Shown piece after piece: positions 42,616 through 57,015 of a stretch of DNA of 64,000 nucleotides. Numbering within the stretch: the first letter of the stretch is position 1; every line of letters starts with the position of its first letter. Under the pieces are notes generated by a model. That model made no database searches. It was not told the DNA's origin and saw only the letters and a program-made list of their open reading frames with translations. Source of the DNA: Octopus vulgaris (Eukaryota); the NCBI GenBank assembly GCA_951406725.2, contig OX597842.1, positions 16,864,001 to 16,928,000 on the forward strand, read 5' to 3'. The translations under genes and the position numbers were made by a program.

Positions 42616-43927
42616 TACGACAGGCTTCTTTCAGTTTCCGTCTACCAAATCCACTCACAAGGCATTGGTCGGCCCGGGGCTATAGCAGAAGACGCTTGCC
42701 CAAGATTCCACGCAGTGGGACTGAACCCGGAACCATGTGGTTAGTAAGCAAGCTACTTACCACACAGCCACTCCTGCACCTATGTATATATACATATATA
42801 CGACAGGCTTCTTTCAGTTTCCGTCTACCAAATCCACTCACAAGGCATTGGTCGGCCCGAAGCTATAGCAGAAGACACTTGCCCAAGATGCCACGCAGTG
42901 AGACTGAACCCGGAACCATGTGGTTGGTAAGCAAGCTACTTACCACACAGCCACTCCTGATCCTTTCAGATCCTTTCAAATGAATGTTTAAAATGGAGGG
43001 CTGGCGATGAACAAGCCAAGATATCAAATAAGCCAGGGATAAGAATAACGGATTCCAAATATTGTAGAAATAAGGGTTTGGTTTCGGTCTGGAATAGGCT
43101 GTAACCCTGCTCTCATTTCTTTTCAGGTTCTTTTTAGTTTTGGAAAATGTGCCGAGAAATTAAATTAATTCTAAAGTTAGATATTTTCTGCCAATAGGCG
43201 TAGGAGTGGTAGTAGTGGTAAGTAGCTTGCTTACGAACCACATGGTTCCGTGTTCAGTCCCACTGCGTGGCACCTTGCGCAAGTGTCTTCTACTATAGCC
43301 TCGGACCGACCAAAGCCTTGTGAGTGGATTTGGTAGACGGAAACTGAAAGAAGCCCGTCGTATATATGGCAGAAACGTTAGCGCGCCGGGCGAAATGCTT
43401 AGCGGTATTTCGCCTGTCGTTACGTTCTGAGTTCAAATTCCGCCAAGGTCGACTTTGCCTTTCATCCTTTCGATAAATAAAGTACCAGTTTCGCACTGGA
43501 GTCGATGTAATCAACTTAATCCCTTTGTCTGTCCTTGTTTGTCCCCTCTATGTTTAACCCCTTGTGGGCAGTAAAAAAAAATATATATGTATGTATGTGT
43601 GTATATGTTTGGGTGTCTGCTTTTGTCCTTCCTCCCCAACATCGCTTGACAACCGATACTGGTGTGTTTACGTCCCCGTAACTTAGCGGTTCGGTAAAAG
43701 TGACCGATAGAATAAGTACTAGGCTTACAAAGAATAAGTCCTGGGGTCGATTTGCTCGACTAAAGGCGGTGCTCCGGCATGGCCACAGTCAAATGACTGA
43801 AACAAGTAAAAGAGTAAAGAGTATAACCACGTTTAAAAAAAAACTGGCACTCCGTCGGTTGCGACGACGAGGGTTTCACTTGATCCGATTTACGGGAGAG
43901 CCTACTTGTGAAATTAACATGCAAGTG

Positions 43928-44349
43928 AACATCTCCCTCCTGCTCTGCTCCCCCCTACTCCTCCTGCTCTGCTCCTGCCCCTACTCCTCTTGCTCTTCTC
44001 CTCCACCTACTCCTGTTCTGCTCCTCCGCCTACTCCTCCTGCTCTGCTCCTCCCCCTACTTCTCCTCCTCCTCCTGCTCTGCTCCACCTCCTGCTCTGCT
44101 ATTGCTGCTGCTCCTCCTGCCTCTCCTCCTCCTGCTTCTCCTCCTCCTCCTGCTCTGCTCCTGCTCCTGCTTCTCCTGCTGCTGCTGCTGCTGCTCCACC
44201 TCCTGCTTCTCCTCCTGCTCTGTCCCTTCTGCTCCTCCTCCTGCTCTTCTTCTCCTCCTCCTGCTCTGCTCCTCCTCCTGCTCCTCTTGTGCTGCTACTC
44301 CTCCTTCTGCTGCTGCTGCTGCTCCTCCTCCTCACCCTCCTACTGCTGC
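43928..44349. repeat. CTC/CTG low-complexity tract inside a SINE, flanked by a 37-bp direct duplication
   Basis: 43891-43927 matches 44350-44386 with 2 mismatches. Confidence 0.8.
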
Positions 44350-44740
44350 TACGGGAAAGCCTACTTGTGAAATCAACATGCAAGTGGCTGAGTATTTCAC
44401 AGACACGCGTATCCTTAATGTGGTTCTAAGAGAGATTCAGCGTGACTCAGGGTATAGCAAAGCTGGCCCTTTGAAATACAGGGAGAACTCATTTTTGCCA
44501 GCTGAGTGAAGTGGGGCAATGTGAAATAAAGTGTCTTGCTCAAGGACTCAATGTGTCGCTGGGAATCAAAATGGCGAATTTATGATCGTGAGTCGAATAC
44601 GCGACGAGTTTCTTTTAGTTACCGCCTGCCAAAAATACTCAAAAGGCTTTGATCGGTCCGGTGCCTTAGTAGAAGAGTGTTGCAGAAAGTGCCACGCGGG
44701 ATTGAACCCGGGTCCATGTAATTGAGAAGCAAACTTGTTG

Positions 44741-44754
44741 CTCTCTCTCACTCA

Positions 44755-44845
<91 letters not shown>

Positions 44846-44948
44846 TCTCACTCACTCACTCTCTCTCCCTCTCTCTCTTTCTCTTTCTCTCTCTCTATCT
44901 CTTTCTCTCTTTCTATCTCTCCCTCTCCCTCTCTCTCTCTTTCTCTCC

Positions 44949-44979
<31 letters not shown>

Positions 44980-45082
44980 TCTCACTCACTCACTCTCTCT
45001 CCCTCTCTCTCTTTCTCTTTCTCTCTCTCTATCTCTTTCTCTCTTTCTATCTCTCCCTCTCCCTCTCTCTCTCTTTCTCTCC

Positions 45083-45127
<45 letters not shown>

Positions 45128-45240
45128 ACTCACTCACTCTCTCTCCCTCTCTCTCTTTCTGTTTCTCTCTCTCTATCTCTTTCTCTCTTTCTATCTCTCC
45201 CTCTCCCTCTCTCTCTCTCTCTCTTTCTCTCTCTCACTCC
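44741..45240. repeat. (TC)n polypyrimidine tract with higher-order repeat
   Basis: Direct reading. Confidence 0.93.
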
Positions 45241-45679
45241 CCCCACACACGTACATATATCCATGTATTGTGATAGGAGCAAGCTACTCGACACACGTGT
45301 TGAGTGTGTGTAGATCTCTGTGTATAAATGCGTGTGTGCTTCAGAGTAAGTGTGTGTATGTGTGTGTGTGTGTGTGTGAGTGTATGCAAAAATGTATACA
45401 TTTCATTATCATAAAAAACCCCCTTAAAATACAAAAATTTAAACCAAACATCTACCAAAATTCTACTTTCGCAACTAACAATATGCTAATAGTTTACACA
45501 GGCAGGCGCAGGAGTGGCTGTGTGGTAAGTAGCTTGCTAACCAACCACATGGTTCCGGGTTCAGTCCCACTGTGTGGCACCTTGGGCAAGTGTCTTCTGC
45601 TATAGCCCCGGGCCGACCAATGCCTTGTGAGTGGATTTGGTAGGCGGAAACTGAAAGAAGCCTGTCGTATATATGTATA

Positions 45680-45742
<63 letters not shown>

Positions 45743-46454
45743 TTGTGTGCTGGTGTGTTTACATCCCCGTCACTTAGCGGTTCGGCAAAAAGAGACCGAT
45801 AGAATAAGTACTGGGCTTACAAAGAATAAGTCACGGGGTCGATTTCCTCGACTAAAGGCGGTGCTCCAGCTTGGCCGCAGTCAAATGACTGAAACAAGTA
45901 AAAGAAGAAAAAGAAAGAAAGAAATAAGTTAACAATGCAAGGGAGGTTATCAAGAGTAATGTAAACATGAGTTATGCGCCCTTGACAGCGGGGATGAAAC
46001 TCAAAAATTATTTCGAAATAAAATCAAATTCAAATATCTTCGTCTGAACGTAGAGAACTGGCTTACTGTCCATAAACTGTTAAGATCTTCAATATCTAAG
46101 GAGATTTAAGGAGTCAAGGCACAACACATCAAATTTCAGGAAATGTATCGCAGATACAACTCTGCTGGTAACACCGCTCGAACTGCAATCAGGTCATGTG
46201 TGTGTGTGTGTGTGTGAGTGTTTGTGTGTGTGTATACTCTCTTTTACTCTTTTACTTGTTTCAGTCATTTGACTGCGGCCATGCTGGAGCACCGCCTTTA
46301 GTCGAGCAAATCTACCCCGGGACTTATTCTTTGTAAGCCCAGTACTTATTCTATCGGTCTCTTTTTGCCGAACCGCTAAGTGACGGGGACGTAAACACAC
46401 CAGCATCGGTTGTCAAGCAATGCTAGGGGGACAAACACAGACACACAAACATAT

Positions 46455-46489
<35 letters not shown>

Positions 46490-46654
46490 CATATATACGA
46501 CAGGCTTCTTTCATCTTCCGTCTCCCACTCACAAGGCATTGGTCGGCCCGGGGCTATAGCAGAAGACACTTGCTCAAGATGCCACGCAGTAGGACTGAAC
46601 CCGGAACCATATAGTTGGTTAGCAAGCTACTTACCACACAGCCACTCATGCGCC

Positions 46655-46686
<32 letters not shown>

Positions 46687-47109
46687 TGTATGTATGTATA
46701 TAGGCGCAGGAGTGGCTGTGTGGTAAATAGTTTGCTTACCAGCCACATGGTTCCGGGTTCAGTCTCACTGCGTGGCACCTTGGGCAAGTGTCTTCTACTA
46801 TAACCGACCGAATCTTTGTGAGTGGATTAGGTAGACAGAAACTGAAAGAAGCTCATCTTATACATGTATATACATATATATATATGTGTGTGCGCGCGTG
46901 TATGTTTATGTGTCTGTGTTTGTCCCCTTAGCATTACTTGACAACCGATGCTGGTGTGTTTATGACCCCGTCACTTAGCGGTTCAGCAAGAGAGCCCGAC
47001 AGAATAAGTACTGGGCTTACAAAGAATAAGTCCCGGAGTCGAGTTGCTCGATTAAAGGCGGTGCTCCAGCATGGCCGCAGTCAAATGACTGAAACAAATA
47101 AAGAGAGTA

Positions 47110-48049
47110 ATGTATGTATGTAAGTATGTGTGTATGTATATATGTATGTATGTGCGTGTGTGTGTGTGTATGTATGTATGTATGTATGTATGTGTGTATG
47201 TTTGCATGTATGTATGTGTGTATGTATGTGTGTAAGTATGTATATATGTATTTATGTGTGTATGTCTGTAAGTATGTATGTATGTGTGTATGTATGTAGG
47301 TATGTATGCATGTATGTATATGTGTATGTGTGTAAGTGTGTGTGTATGTATGTGTGTATGTATGTATGTGTGTGTATGTATGTATGTATGTATGTATGTG
47401 TGTATGTATGTAAGTGTGTGTGTATGTATGTGTGTATGTATGTATGTGTGTGTATGTTTGTATGTATGTGTGTATGTATGTATGTGTGTGTATGTATGTA
47501 TGTATGTATGTATGTATGTATGTATGTATGTGTGTATGTATGTATGTATGTGTGTATGTATGTATGTGTGTGTATGTATGTATGTGTGTATGTATGTATG
47601 TGTGTATGTATGTATGTATGTATGTATGTATGTACGTATGCATGTATGTATATATGTATATATGTATATATGTGTGTATGTATGCATGCATGTATGCATG
47701 CATGTATGTATGTATGCATGTATGTATATATGTATGTACATATGTATGTTTGTATGCATTTATGTATGTATGTGTGTGTGTATGTATGTATGTATGTATG
47801 TATGTATGTATGTGTTTGTGTGTGTGTATGTATAACATACACACACATATATATAAATGTATATATACATAGAGGTGCAGCGTGGCTGTGTGGCAAGATT
47901 ACTTCCCAAACACTTGGTTCTGGGTTCAGTCCCATTGCATGGCACCTTGGCCAAGTGTCTTCTACTATAGCCTCGGACTGACCAAAGCCTTGTGAGTGGA
48001 TTTGGTAGATGGAAACTGAAAGAAGCCCGTCGTATAATACATACATACA

Positions 48050-48083
<34 letters not shown>

Positions 48084-48197
48084 CATACATACATACATAC
48101 ATATATACATACATACATACATACATATATACATACATACATACATATATACATACATACATACATACATATATACATATATACATACATACATACA

Positions 48198-48259
<62 letters not shown>

Positions 48260-48400
48260 CATATATACATACATACATACATATATACATACATACATAC
48301 ATATATACATACATACATACATACATACACACATACATACATACATACATACATACATACATACATACATACATACATACATACATACATACATACATAC
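47110..48400. repeat. (TGTA)n 47110-47830 and (TACA)n 48037-48400 flanking a SINE head
   Basis: Direct reading. Confidence 0.92.
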
Positions 48401-49049
48401 TCTCTCTCTCTCTCTCACACACACACACTCACACTCATATATCGTGAAGTGTATTTCCCAACTAAAAGTGGCGGTCCCATAGAGGACGCTGCTACTGTTA
48501 TTTCTAGTGTCAGGAAGACATCTCCTCCAGATGGCTAACGACAGACTGTGATACACACAAATCCCGGTTTCTGAGTAGTAACACGTCATCAGCGCGTGAT
48601 AATCACCAGCTTTCTCTTTATTATAGGCACAAGGCCTGAATACAGAGGGGACAAACACAAACATACGGGAACAAAAAAAAACAAAAACACGAAAAAATGA
48701 ATTAGAATGAATTAAATTATAATGAATATCAGACGGTTTAAATTACAGATTTAAATTTTACAGAGATATAAACGGCATTTGGTCACGTATTCCAAAAGAA
48801 AAGAAATAGAGAACACAATTGTAAAATATAAATCGGCAAAAAGAGTAAAGCTGCCGCCAGGAAAATACCCGGAATACCCTAAAGAAATAAGAAATATTGA
48901 ATTTCTAAATCTCTCGTAGAGACATGTACGGTGGTGGGGCGATAGAATGGTTGTATACTGTCAATCTAACAAGAACGTGACAGTAGGGGGTACACCACCG
49001 CTGTATAGCCCTAGGAAGCATCGAGCGCCTCCTGATAGCTTTCTGCTAC

Positions 49050-49095
49050 TCTAGGCCGATGAAGGACAACGATCCTGAAACACGGTGTCCCTAGA
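49050..49095 (+). ncRNA. Type I hammerhead motif, U4C core variant, in the loop of a perfect 96-bp inverted repeat (48947-49042 / 49169-49264)
   Basis: TCTAGG-CCGATGA-AGGA-caacga-TCCT-GAAA-CACGGT-GTC-CCTAGA. Confidence 0.78.
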
Positions 49096-50923
49096 TGCAG
49101 TTCCGGCAGCCGGGGGTGTTTGTCTCCCCTTCGTATATGTATATAAGGACACAGGGAAAAAATGTGTCAAAGCTATCAGGAGGCGCTCGATGCTTCCTAG
49201 GGCTATACAGCGGTGGTGTACCCCCTACTGTCACGTTCTTGTTAGATTGACAGTATACAACCATACTAAAGAAATAGTCATAGATAAAAAGAGATTTGTG
49301 AAATTGAGAGAGATGTATGGACTTTTCATAGACCCGCTGGGGGTTGAAGTCGAGTTTGACGAGCTCCCGCCGGTCGTGGAATTAGAAGATTTGAAATCCT
49401 TTATGAACATTTAAAAAGAAGTACGTAAAATTTGTACTTCATAAAAAAAAACGAGGAAAATAGACTGTTAATGTGTATAAAGAAAAAAGGAAAAAAATGA
49501 TATTAAAAAAAACAAAAGACTGAGAAAAAGAAGCTAAAAAGGAAAAACTAAAATTTTAAGAACAAAAGAGCTCATAGTACAAAAGATCCGTGATTCAACA
49601 TAGGTGGATAATTGGATGAAGGCAATAGAATTTGCCCATTAAGGATAATAGATACAATGGGACCAGGTACTTGTGTGTCCACTGTTCAGGAGAGGACATT
49701 GAAGCACTAATCAGGGAAGATTGTGCTACCTCCTTCGTGCTGTCGCTGATTTTTTGCTAACCCCCCAAAACCTTGAAATACGGGGTAAAAATAAGACCTA
49801 TGTTGCAAGTAGTGCGGAGCAACTTTTGCAACCCGAACCTTATTTTGACTGGATGCCCTAGGACACTGGAAGAAGGCTGATATGAGTGAAGACATGACAA
49901 GATCCTTGTAGAAATTGCCAAGTGGACCGATCTGCAAGGAGTAAATGTTAATAACCACCAGGCATCATCACCAAGGGACATCAAGTTCATAAAGGAAAGA
50001 GACAAAGCTTCCAAGGTAAAGGCAATGACATGAGACCCCTTTTCTATTTTGCATTCAGCCTGCAACTGGGAGACGCAAGTGGACCCGAAGGGCACACTTG
50101 TCTTTTCAGAGGAAATAGTGATAACATCACTCGGAACAGAATTGTTTCTGCTCTCTAGAAATACAAAAGCAATCATTGTGGACGAACTAACTGTATTCTG
50201 AGAGGACAGACTCGAAATTTCCTACCAGCTAAATAAATTTAGTGGAAAAGACCCTTGTCAAGGGATGGCATGTGGCCTCATTCCCCATTGAAGCAAAATT
50301 AGTGGATTATTTTCTGCAGAATCTCGACAACTGAGAGAAGTCGTCAAAGAAATAGGCACGGCGGCTGAAACTAAACCAAGACGGCTATGGTTTATAAGAG
50401 ACTGCAAGCGGAACCCTTTCGTAGATGGTGACTATTTCAGTCCTCGCTGTCCCTGTCAGGTGAAGCTTATCGGCTAAGGAGCTAAGCGCTCGTGACCCTG
50501 AGATGCCTTCTGGCTATACGGAAGAGTCTCCAGAGTCTGCAATGTATTCAGAAGAGATTACAAGACGCCGGGTGGCTCCAGCGGTTTCTGCCTGGAGCAG
50601 TGTTTCGCTGGTGTATATTTCACCATGGCCTGCTCGCTTAGCCAGCGGGGTGGCATCATCCGAAGGCTAAAACAATGCGAACGCATTGTGACCAGCGATG
50701 TGTAACAACATCTGATGGTCTGGTCAGTCACGTGATCACATGATATTTCACCAATGCAGGTATTACACACTCTCATACTTTTAGTCCTCCTCCTCCTCCT
50801 GCTCTGCTCCTCCTCCTGCACCTCCTCCTCCTGCTCTGCTGCTGCTCCTCCTCCTGCTGCTGCTGCTCCACCTGCTTCTCCTCCTCCTGGATCAGGACTG
50901 ACCTGGGGCTAAACAGCAGCAGC

Positions 50924-50965
<42 letters not shown>

Positions 50966-52142
50966 GCAGCAGCAGCAGCAGCAGCAGCCTCTCAAGCTAA
51001 TTATTATACTATACATTAAAGCCACCAAGCTGGCAGAATGGTTAGCCACGGCCGGCGAAATGCTTAGCGGTATTTCGTCTGCGTTACGTTCTGAGTTCAT
51101 ATTCCGCCGAGGTCGACTTTGCCTTTCATCCTTTTGAGGTCGATTAAATAAGTACCAGTTACGCACTGGGGTCGATGAAATCGACTTAATCCCTTTGTCT
51201 GTCCTTGTTTGTCCTCTCTGTGTTTAGCCCCTTGTGGGTAGTAAAGAAATAGGTATTTCGTCTGCCTTTACGTTCGGAGTTCAAATTACGCCGAGGTCGA
51301 CTTTGCCTTGCATCCTCTCGGGGTCGATTAAATAAGTACCAGTTATGAACTGGGGTCGATCTAATCGACTTAATCCGTTTGTCTGTACTTGTTTGTCCCC
51401 TCTGTGTTTAGCCCCTTGTGGGTAGTAAAGAAAAAGGTATTTCGTCTGTCTTTATGTTCTACCTTTATGTTCAAATTCCGCCGTGGTCGACTTTGCCTTT
51501 CATCCTTTCGGGATCGATAAATTAAGTACCAGTTGCGTACTGGGGTCGATCTAACCGTCTGGCCCCTCCCCGCAAATTTCGGGCCTTGTGCCTTGAGTAG
51601 AAAAAGATTAAACTATACATTAAACAACGTAAATCTAAACACAGTATGTCTGAATAAATGATGGAATGATCACAGTTGGAACGCCTTTGACTATAGGTCT
51701 GACCGGATCAGATCTGACCTGGGGCTAAACAACAACAACAACAACCTCATGCCCTTACACTGCTCATCTATCCTAGAACACTATGCCCTTGACACACTTC
51801 GAACCAGCGACCTCTCTTCTTATTCAGGTTCGTTGACATTTTTATCACGCGAGGTGATACTCGAATGAATAAAAGAACAACAGGTGGTTTTATGTGGTGG
51901 GAAAGGTTGAAGGAGATGGTGTGTGTGTGTGTGAATTGAATGACGAGGTTGTCATACTCCTAGAGTACTGCACAACAGAAACAGCAACATTACGTAATCA
52001 CAAGCGTAGCTGGGTAGCACGGCGGGTTCAATCCCACTGCGCGTACCTGGTAAGTATCCGCGTGTCTACTACTATAAATTCTGGGCAGATCCATGCTTTG
52101 AGAGTGAATTTGGAAGATGGAAACTGTGTGGAATCCTGGCTG

Positions 52143-52277
52143 ATATATACATACATAAATACATACATACATACATACATACATACATACATGCATACAT
52201 ACATACATCATACATACATACACGTATACATACATACATATATATATACATACATACATACACACATACATACATAT

Positions 52278-52308
<31 letters not shown>

Positions 52309-52325
52309 CGTACATTCATATATAT

Positions 52326-52356
<31 letters not shown>

Positions 52357-52385
52357 CATACCTACATACATGCATGCATGCATGT

Positions 52386-52416
<31 letters not shown>

Positions 52417-52598
52417 CGTACATTCATACATATATACGTACATGCATACATACATACATACATACATACATACATACATACATACATACATACATACATA
52501 CATACACATATACATACATACATACATATATACGTACATTCATACCTATATACATACATACACATATACATACATACATACATGCATACATGCATGTA

Positions 52599-52632
<34 letters not shown>

Positions 52633-52882
52633 CGTACATTCATACATATATACATACATACATACACATATACATACATACATGCATGCATGCATGTATA
52701 CATACATGCATACATACATACATATATACGTACATTCATACACATATACATACATACATGCATGCATGTATACATACATACATACATACATATATACGTA
52801 CATTCATACATATATACATACATACATACATACACATATACATACATACATGCATGCATGCATGCATGCATGTATACATACA

Positions 52883-52916
<34 letters not shown>

Positions 52917-52945
52917 CATACATACATTCATACATACATACATAA
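52143..52945. repeat. (TACA)n-based minisatellite
   Basis: Direct reading. Confidence 0.93.
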
Positions 52946-53540
52946 ACGTATATGTATATAAGAGTGGCTGTGTGGTAAGTGGCTTGCTTACGAACCACAT
53001 TTTTCCGGGTTCAGCCCCACTGCGTGGTACCTTGGGCAAGTGTCTACTACTATAGCCTCGGGTCGACCAAAGCCTTGTGAGTGGATTTGGTAGACGGATA
53101 CTGAAAGAAGCCCGTCGTATATATGTATATATATGTATGTGTGTGTGTATAGGTTTGTGTGTCTGTGTTTGTCCCCACAACATCACTTGACAACCGATAC
53201 TGGTGTGTTTACGTCACCGTAACTTATCGGTTCGGCAAAAGAGACCGTTAGAATAAGTAGTAGGCTTACAAAGAATAAGTCCTGGGATCGATTTGCTCGA
53301 CTAAAGGTGGTGCTCCAGTATGGCTACAGTCAAAACTGAAACAAGTAAAATAGTATACATATACATGCACACACACACATATATATACACGTATGTATAT
53401 ATTCACACATGCACATAAATCCTTAAATCCTTAAAAATGTTTTAGCTCGAAGGCCGCGGCCATACAGTATATACATATAAATTATGTAAATAGAGGAATT
53501 TATCTGTAAATGTAATATGTGATAATTATTTGGTAGCCAT

Positions 53541-53601
53541 GATAAAACTCCGAGTTTCAGATGTCGAGGTGGAAATCCACGCCACCATCTCTTCAGTTAT
53601 C
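53541..53601 (-). ncRNA. Hammerhead motif forming one arm of a ~200-bp palindrome (53505-53602 / 53610-53707)
   Basis: Minus strand: GATAA-CTGAAGA-GATG..CATC-T-GAAA-CTCGGA-GTT-TTATC; mirror copy 53611-53671 has core mutations. Confidence 0.62.
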
Positions 53602-55694
53602 CGATAGCTGGATAACCGAAGAGATGGTGGCGTGGATTTCCACCTCGGCATCCGCAACTCGGAGTTTTATCTTGGCTACCAAATAATTGTCACATATTAC
53701 ATTTACATATATATATATATATATACAGCATGTAATACGGTATTAGTTATCCCTTAAATTTTTACTGCTGGTCCTCGATGATTTTTCAGTACCCATTTTG
53801 TAATGTGAAACAGAGGCTAACAAAGGTGTTTTTCAAACAAAAATTCTTTCTATGATAATGTAAAACATGATCAAGCGAAAGTTTATCGTAGCGTATTATT
53901 TGTCATTACGCTGTATGGAAGGAACACTGTGCTCACCTCTCATGCTGTCCCTTGCACGCAATCAAATTTCTTTGTCGGCGGTCACAACCCTTTCCTCACA
54001 CAGCAATCAAAGTTCTTGTCTTATCGCACACCCACAATTCCAGCACAGACTCTTACATCATTAATCAAAGTTCTTTTTTTATCGCACACAGATACACAAC
54101 ATCGGTTAATTACATTTCTTATTTCTTTACTACCCACAAGGGGCTAAACATAGAGGGGACAAACAAGGACAAACAAACGGATTAACTCGATTATATCGAC
54201 CCCAGTGCGTAACTGGTACTTAATTTATCGACCCCGAAAGGATGAAAGGCAAAGTCGACCTCAGCGGAATTTGAACTCAGAACGTAGCGACAGACGAAAT
54301 ACCTATTTCTTTACTACCCACAAGGGGCTAAACACAGAGGGGACAAACAAGGACAGACATAGGTATTAAGTCGATTACTTCGACCCCAGTGCGTAACTGG
54401 TACTTTATTTATCGACTCCGAAAGGATGAAAGGCAAAGTCGACCTCGGCGGAATTTGAACTCAGAACGTAAAGAGAAATGAAATACCCATTTCTTTACTA
54501 CCCACAAGGGGCTAAACACAGAGGGGACAAACAAGGACAGACAAACGGATTAAGTCGATTATATCGACCCCAGTGCGTAACTGGTACTTAATTTATCGAC
54601 CCCGAAAGGATGAAAGGCAAAATCGACCTCGGCGGAATTTGAACTCAGAAAGTAACGGCAGACGAAATACTGCAAAGCATTTCGCCCAGCGTGCTAACGT
54701 CTCTGCCAGCTCGCTGCCTTATAGAACAGCTCTGATATAAATCCCATAAAGACACAGAGGGCTGTGATGAAGAGGCGTTTGCGGTCCATAGCAATTACCA
54801 ATAAACAAAAGTTGATTGCGACAATCATCAAGCTGTAGATTAAAGACCCAATAGTTGCTGAAACGTGTCAACGTTTGATTGGTTCGATGTCGCAGCGAAT
54901 ATCGGCTTCGGTCGAGGCAGAAGGCGGCCATATTAAATATTGAAAAAGGTGACTAATATTGTATTAAGCTAAAGTTTCGCTTTATTCTGTTTTACATTGT
55001 CATAAAAAGAAAATGCTTGGGAAAGTTGTACTGTAAAAGCTTTGAGCAGTAAAAATGACCTAAATTAAGAGGGTGACTAATTATCGTTTTTTACTATAGG
55101 CATACGACCTGAAATTTGATGGGAGTGGACCAGTCTATTACACCGGCCCCTGTGCGTAACTGGTACTTAATTCATCGACCCTGAAAGGATGAAAGGTAAA
55201 GTCGACTCCGTTGGAATTTGAATTCAGAACTTAAAGACAGACGAAATACCTATTTCTTTACTACCCACAAGGGGCTAAACACAGAGAGGACAAACAAGGA
55301 CAGACAAAGGGATTAAGTCGATTATATCGACCCCAGTGCGTAACTGGTACTTATTTAATCGACCCCGAAAGGATGAAAGGCAAAGTCAACTCCGTCGGAA
55401 TTTGAACTCAGAACGTAACGGCAGACGAAATACCTATTTCTTTACTACCCACAAGGGGCTAAACACAGAGGTGACAAACAAGGACAGACAACGGATTAAG
55501 TCGATTATATCGACCCCAGTGCGTAACTGGTACTTATTTAATCGACCCCGAAAGGATGAAAAGCAAAGTCGACCTCGGCAGAATTTGAACTCAGAACGTA
55601 GCAGCAGACGAAATACCGCTGAGCATTTCGTCAACGTGCTAACGATTCTGCCAGCTCGCCGCTTTGGTAGTGACTAATAATGCATTATATACTG

Positions 55695-55791
<97 letters not shown>

Positions 55792-56195
55792 TCTTTTTTT
55801 CTTTTTACTTGTTTCAGTCATTTTGACTGCGGCCATGCTGGAGCACCGCCTTTAATCGAGCAACTCGACCCCGGGACTTATTCTTTGTAAGCCCAGTACT
55901 TATTCTATCGGTCTCTTTTGCCGAACGGCTAAGTGACGGGGACATAAACACACCAGCAATGCTAGGGGGGACAAACATAGACACAAACATACACGCACAT
56001 ACATATATATATACATATATGCGACGGGCTTCTTTCAGTTTCCGTCTGCCAAATCCACTCACAAGGCTTTGGTCGGCCCGAGGCTATAGTAGAAGACACT
56101 TGCCCAAGGTGCCACGCAGTGGGACTGAACCCGGAACCATGTGGTTGGTAAACAAGCCACTTACCACACACAGCACTGTATACAATAATTTCATT

Positions 56196-56247
<52 letters not shown>

Positions 56248-56460
56248 TATTTATTATTTATGTTTGTGTGTATGTGTTTGCATGATTCTGTATGTGTATG
56301 TGTTTGTGAGTACCCCTACCTAGACATCACATGACGGTTGTAAACGAGCAGTACCGTCATACAAGCGAACCTGTTGGTTTACAATCTTTCATAGAAAAAC
56401 AAGCCCAACCAGGGGGAAATATTAATCTTGCTTGATGACAAGAAGGACGACATCCGGCCG

Positions 56461-56508
<48 letters not shown>

Positions 56509-56671
56509 TATATAATAGTACTACTATATGAGGAAATATTATTCCAAACTTACAGGGCAAAATTCAATTTAGAAATACTAAATCAAATTAACCTTTCTAT
56601 TATATTTAATTTTTTTAAATGGTATAATTTAATTTTTCATTATTGAATCGATAAAATGTGTTTTTTTCTAA

Positions 56672-56726
<55 letters not shown>

Positions 56727-56887
56727 ATATATATGTAGATATAGATATAAATGTGTGTGTGTTTGTGTCTGTGTCTGTGTCTGTCTGTCTATCCTCCACC
56801 GCTTGACAGCCGGTGTTAGTTCCGTCTTTTAACTTAGCGGTTCGACCGATAGAATAAGAACTAAGTTTTAAAACAAATGTACTGAAG

Positions 56888-56987
56888 NNNNNNNNNNNNN
56901 NNNNNNNNNNNNNNNNNNNNNNNNNNNNNNNNNNNNNNNNNNNNNNNNNNNNNNNNNNNNNNNNNNNNNNNNNNNNNNNNNNNNNNN
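56888..56987. other. Assembly gap (100 N)
   Basis: Run of N. Confidence 1.
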
Positions 56988-57015
56988 GGAAACGGAAAGA
57001 AGACCGTCGTATATA

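Noticed and set aside
43700-44509. 269-aa Leu/Ser/Cys/Pro-rich ORF
   Set aside because: SINE sequence plus a CTC/CTG low-complexity tract
50912-50988. Poly-Gln/poly-Cys coding repeat
   Set aside because: (CAA)/(CAG) tail of a short repeat that also appears at ~51720; no exon context
51020-55662. Regularly spaced repeats resembling a CRISPR array
   Set aside because: Units are whole ~185-bp SINE bodies without unique spacers; eukaryotic context and no cas genes
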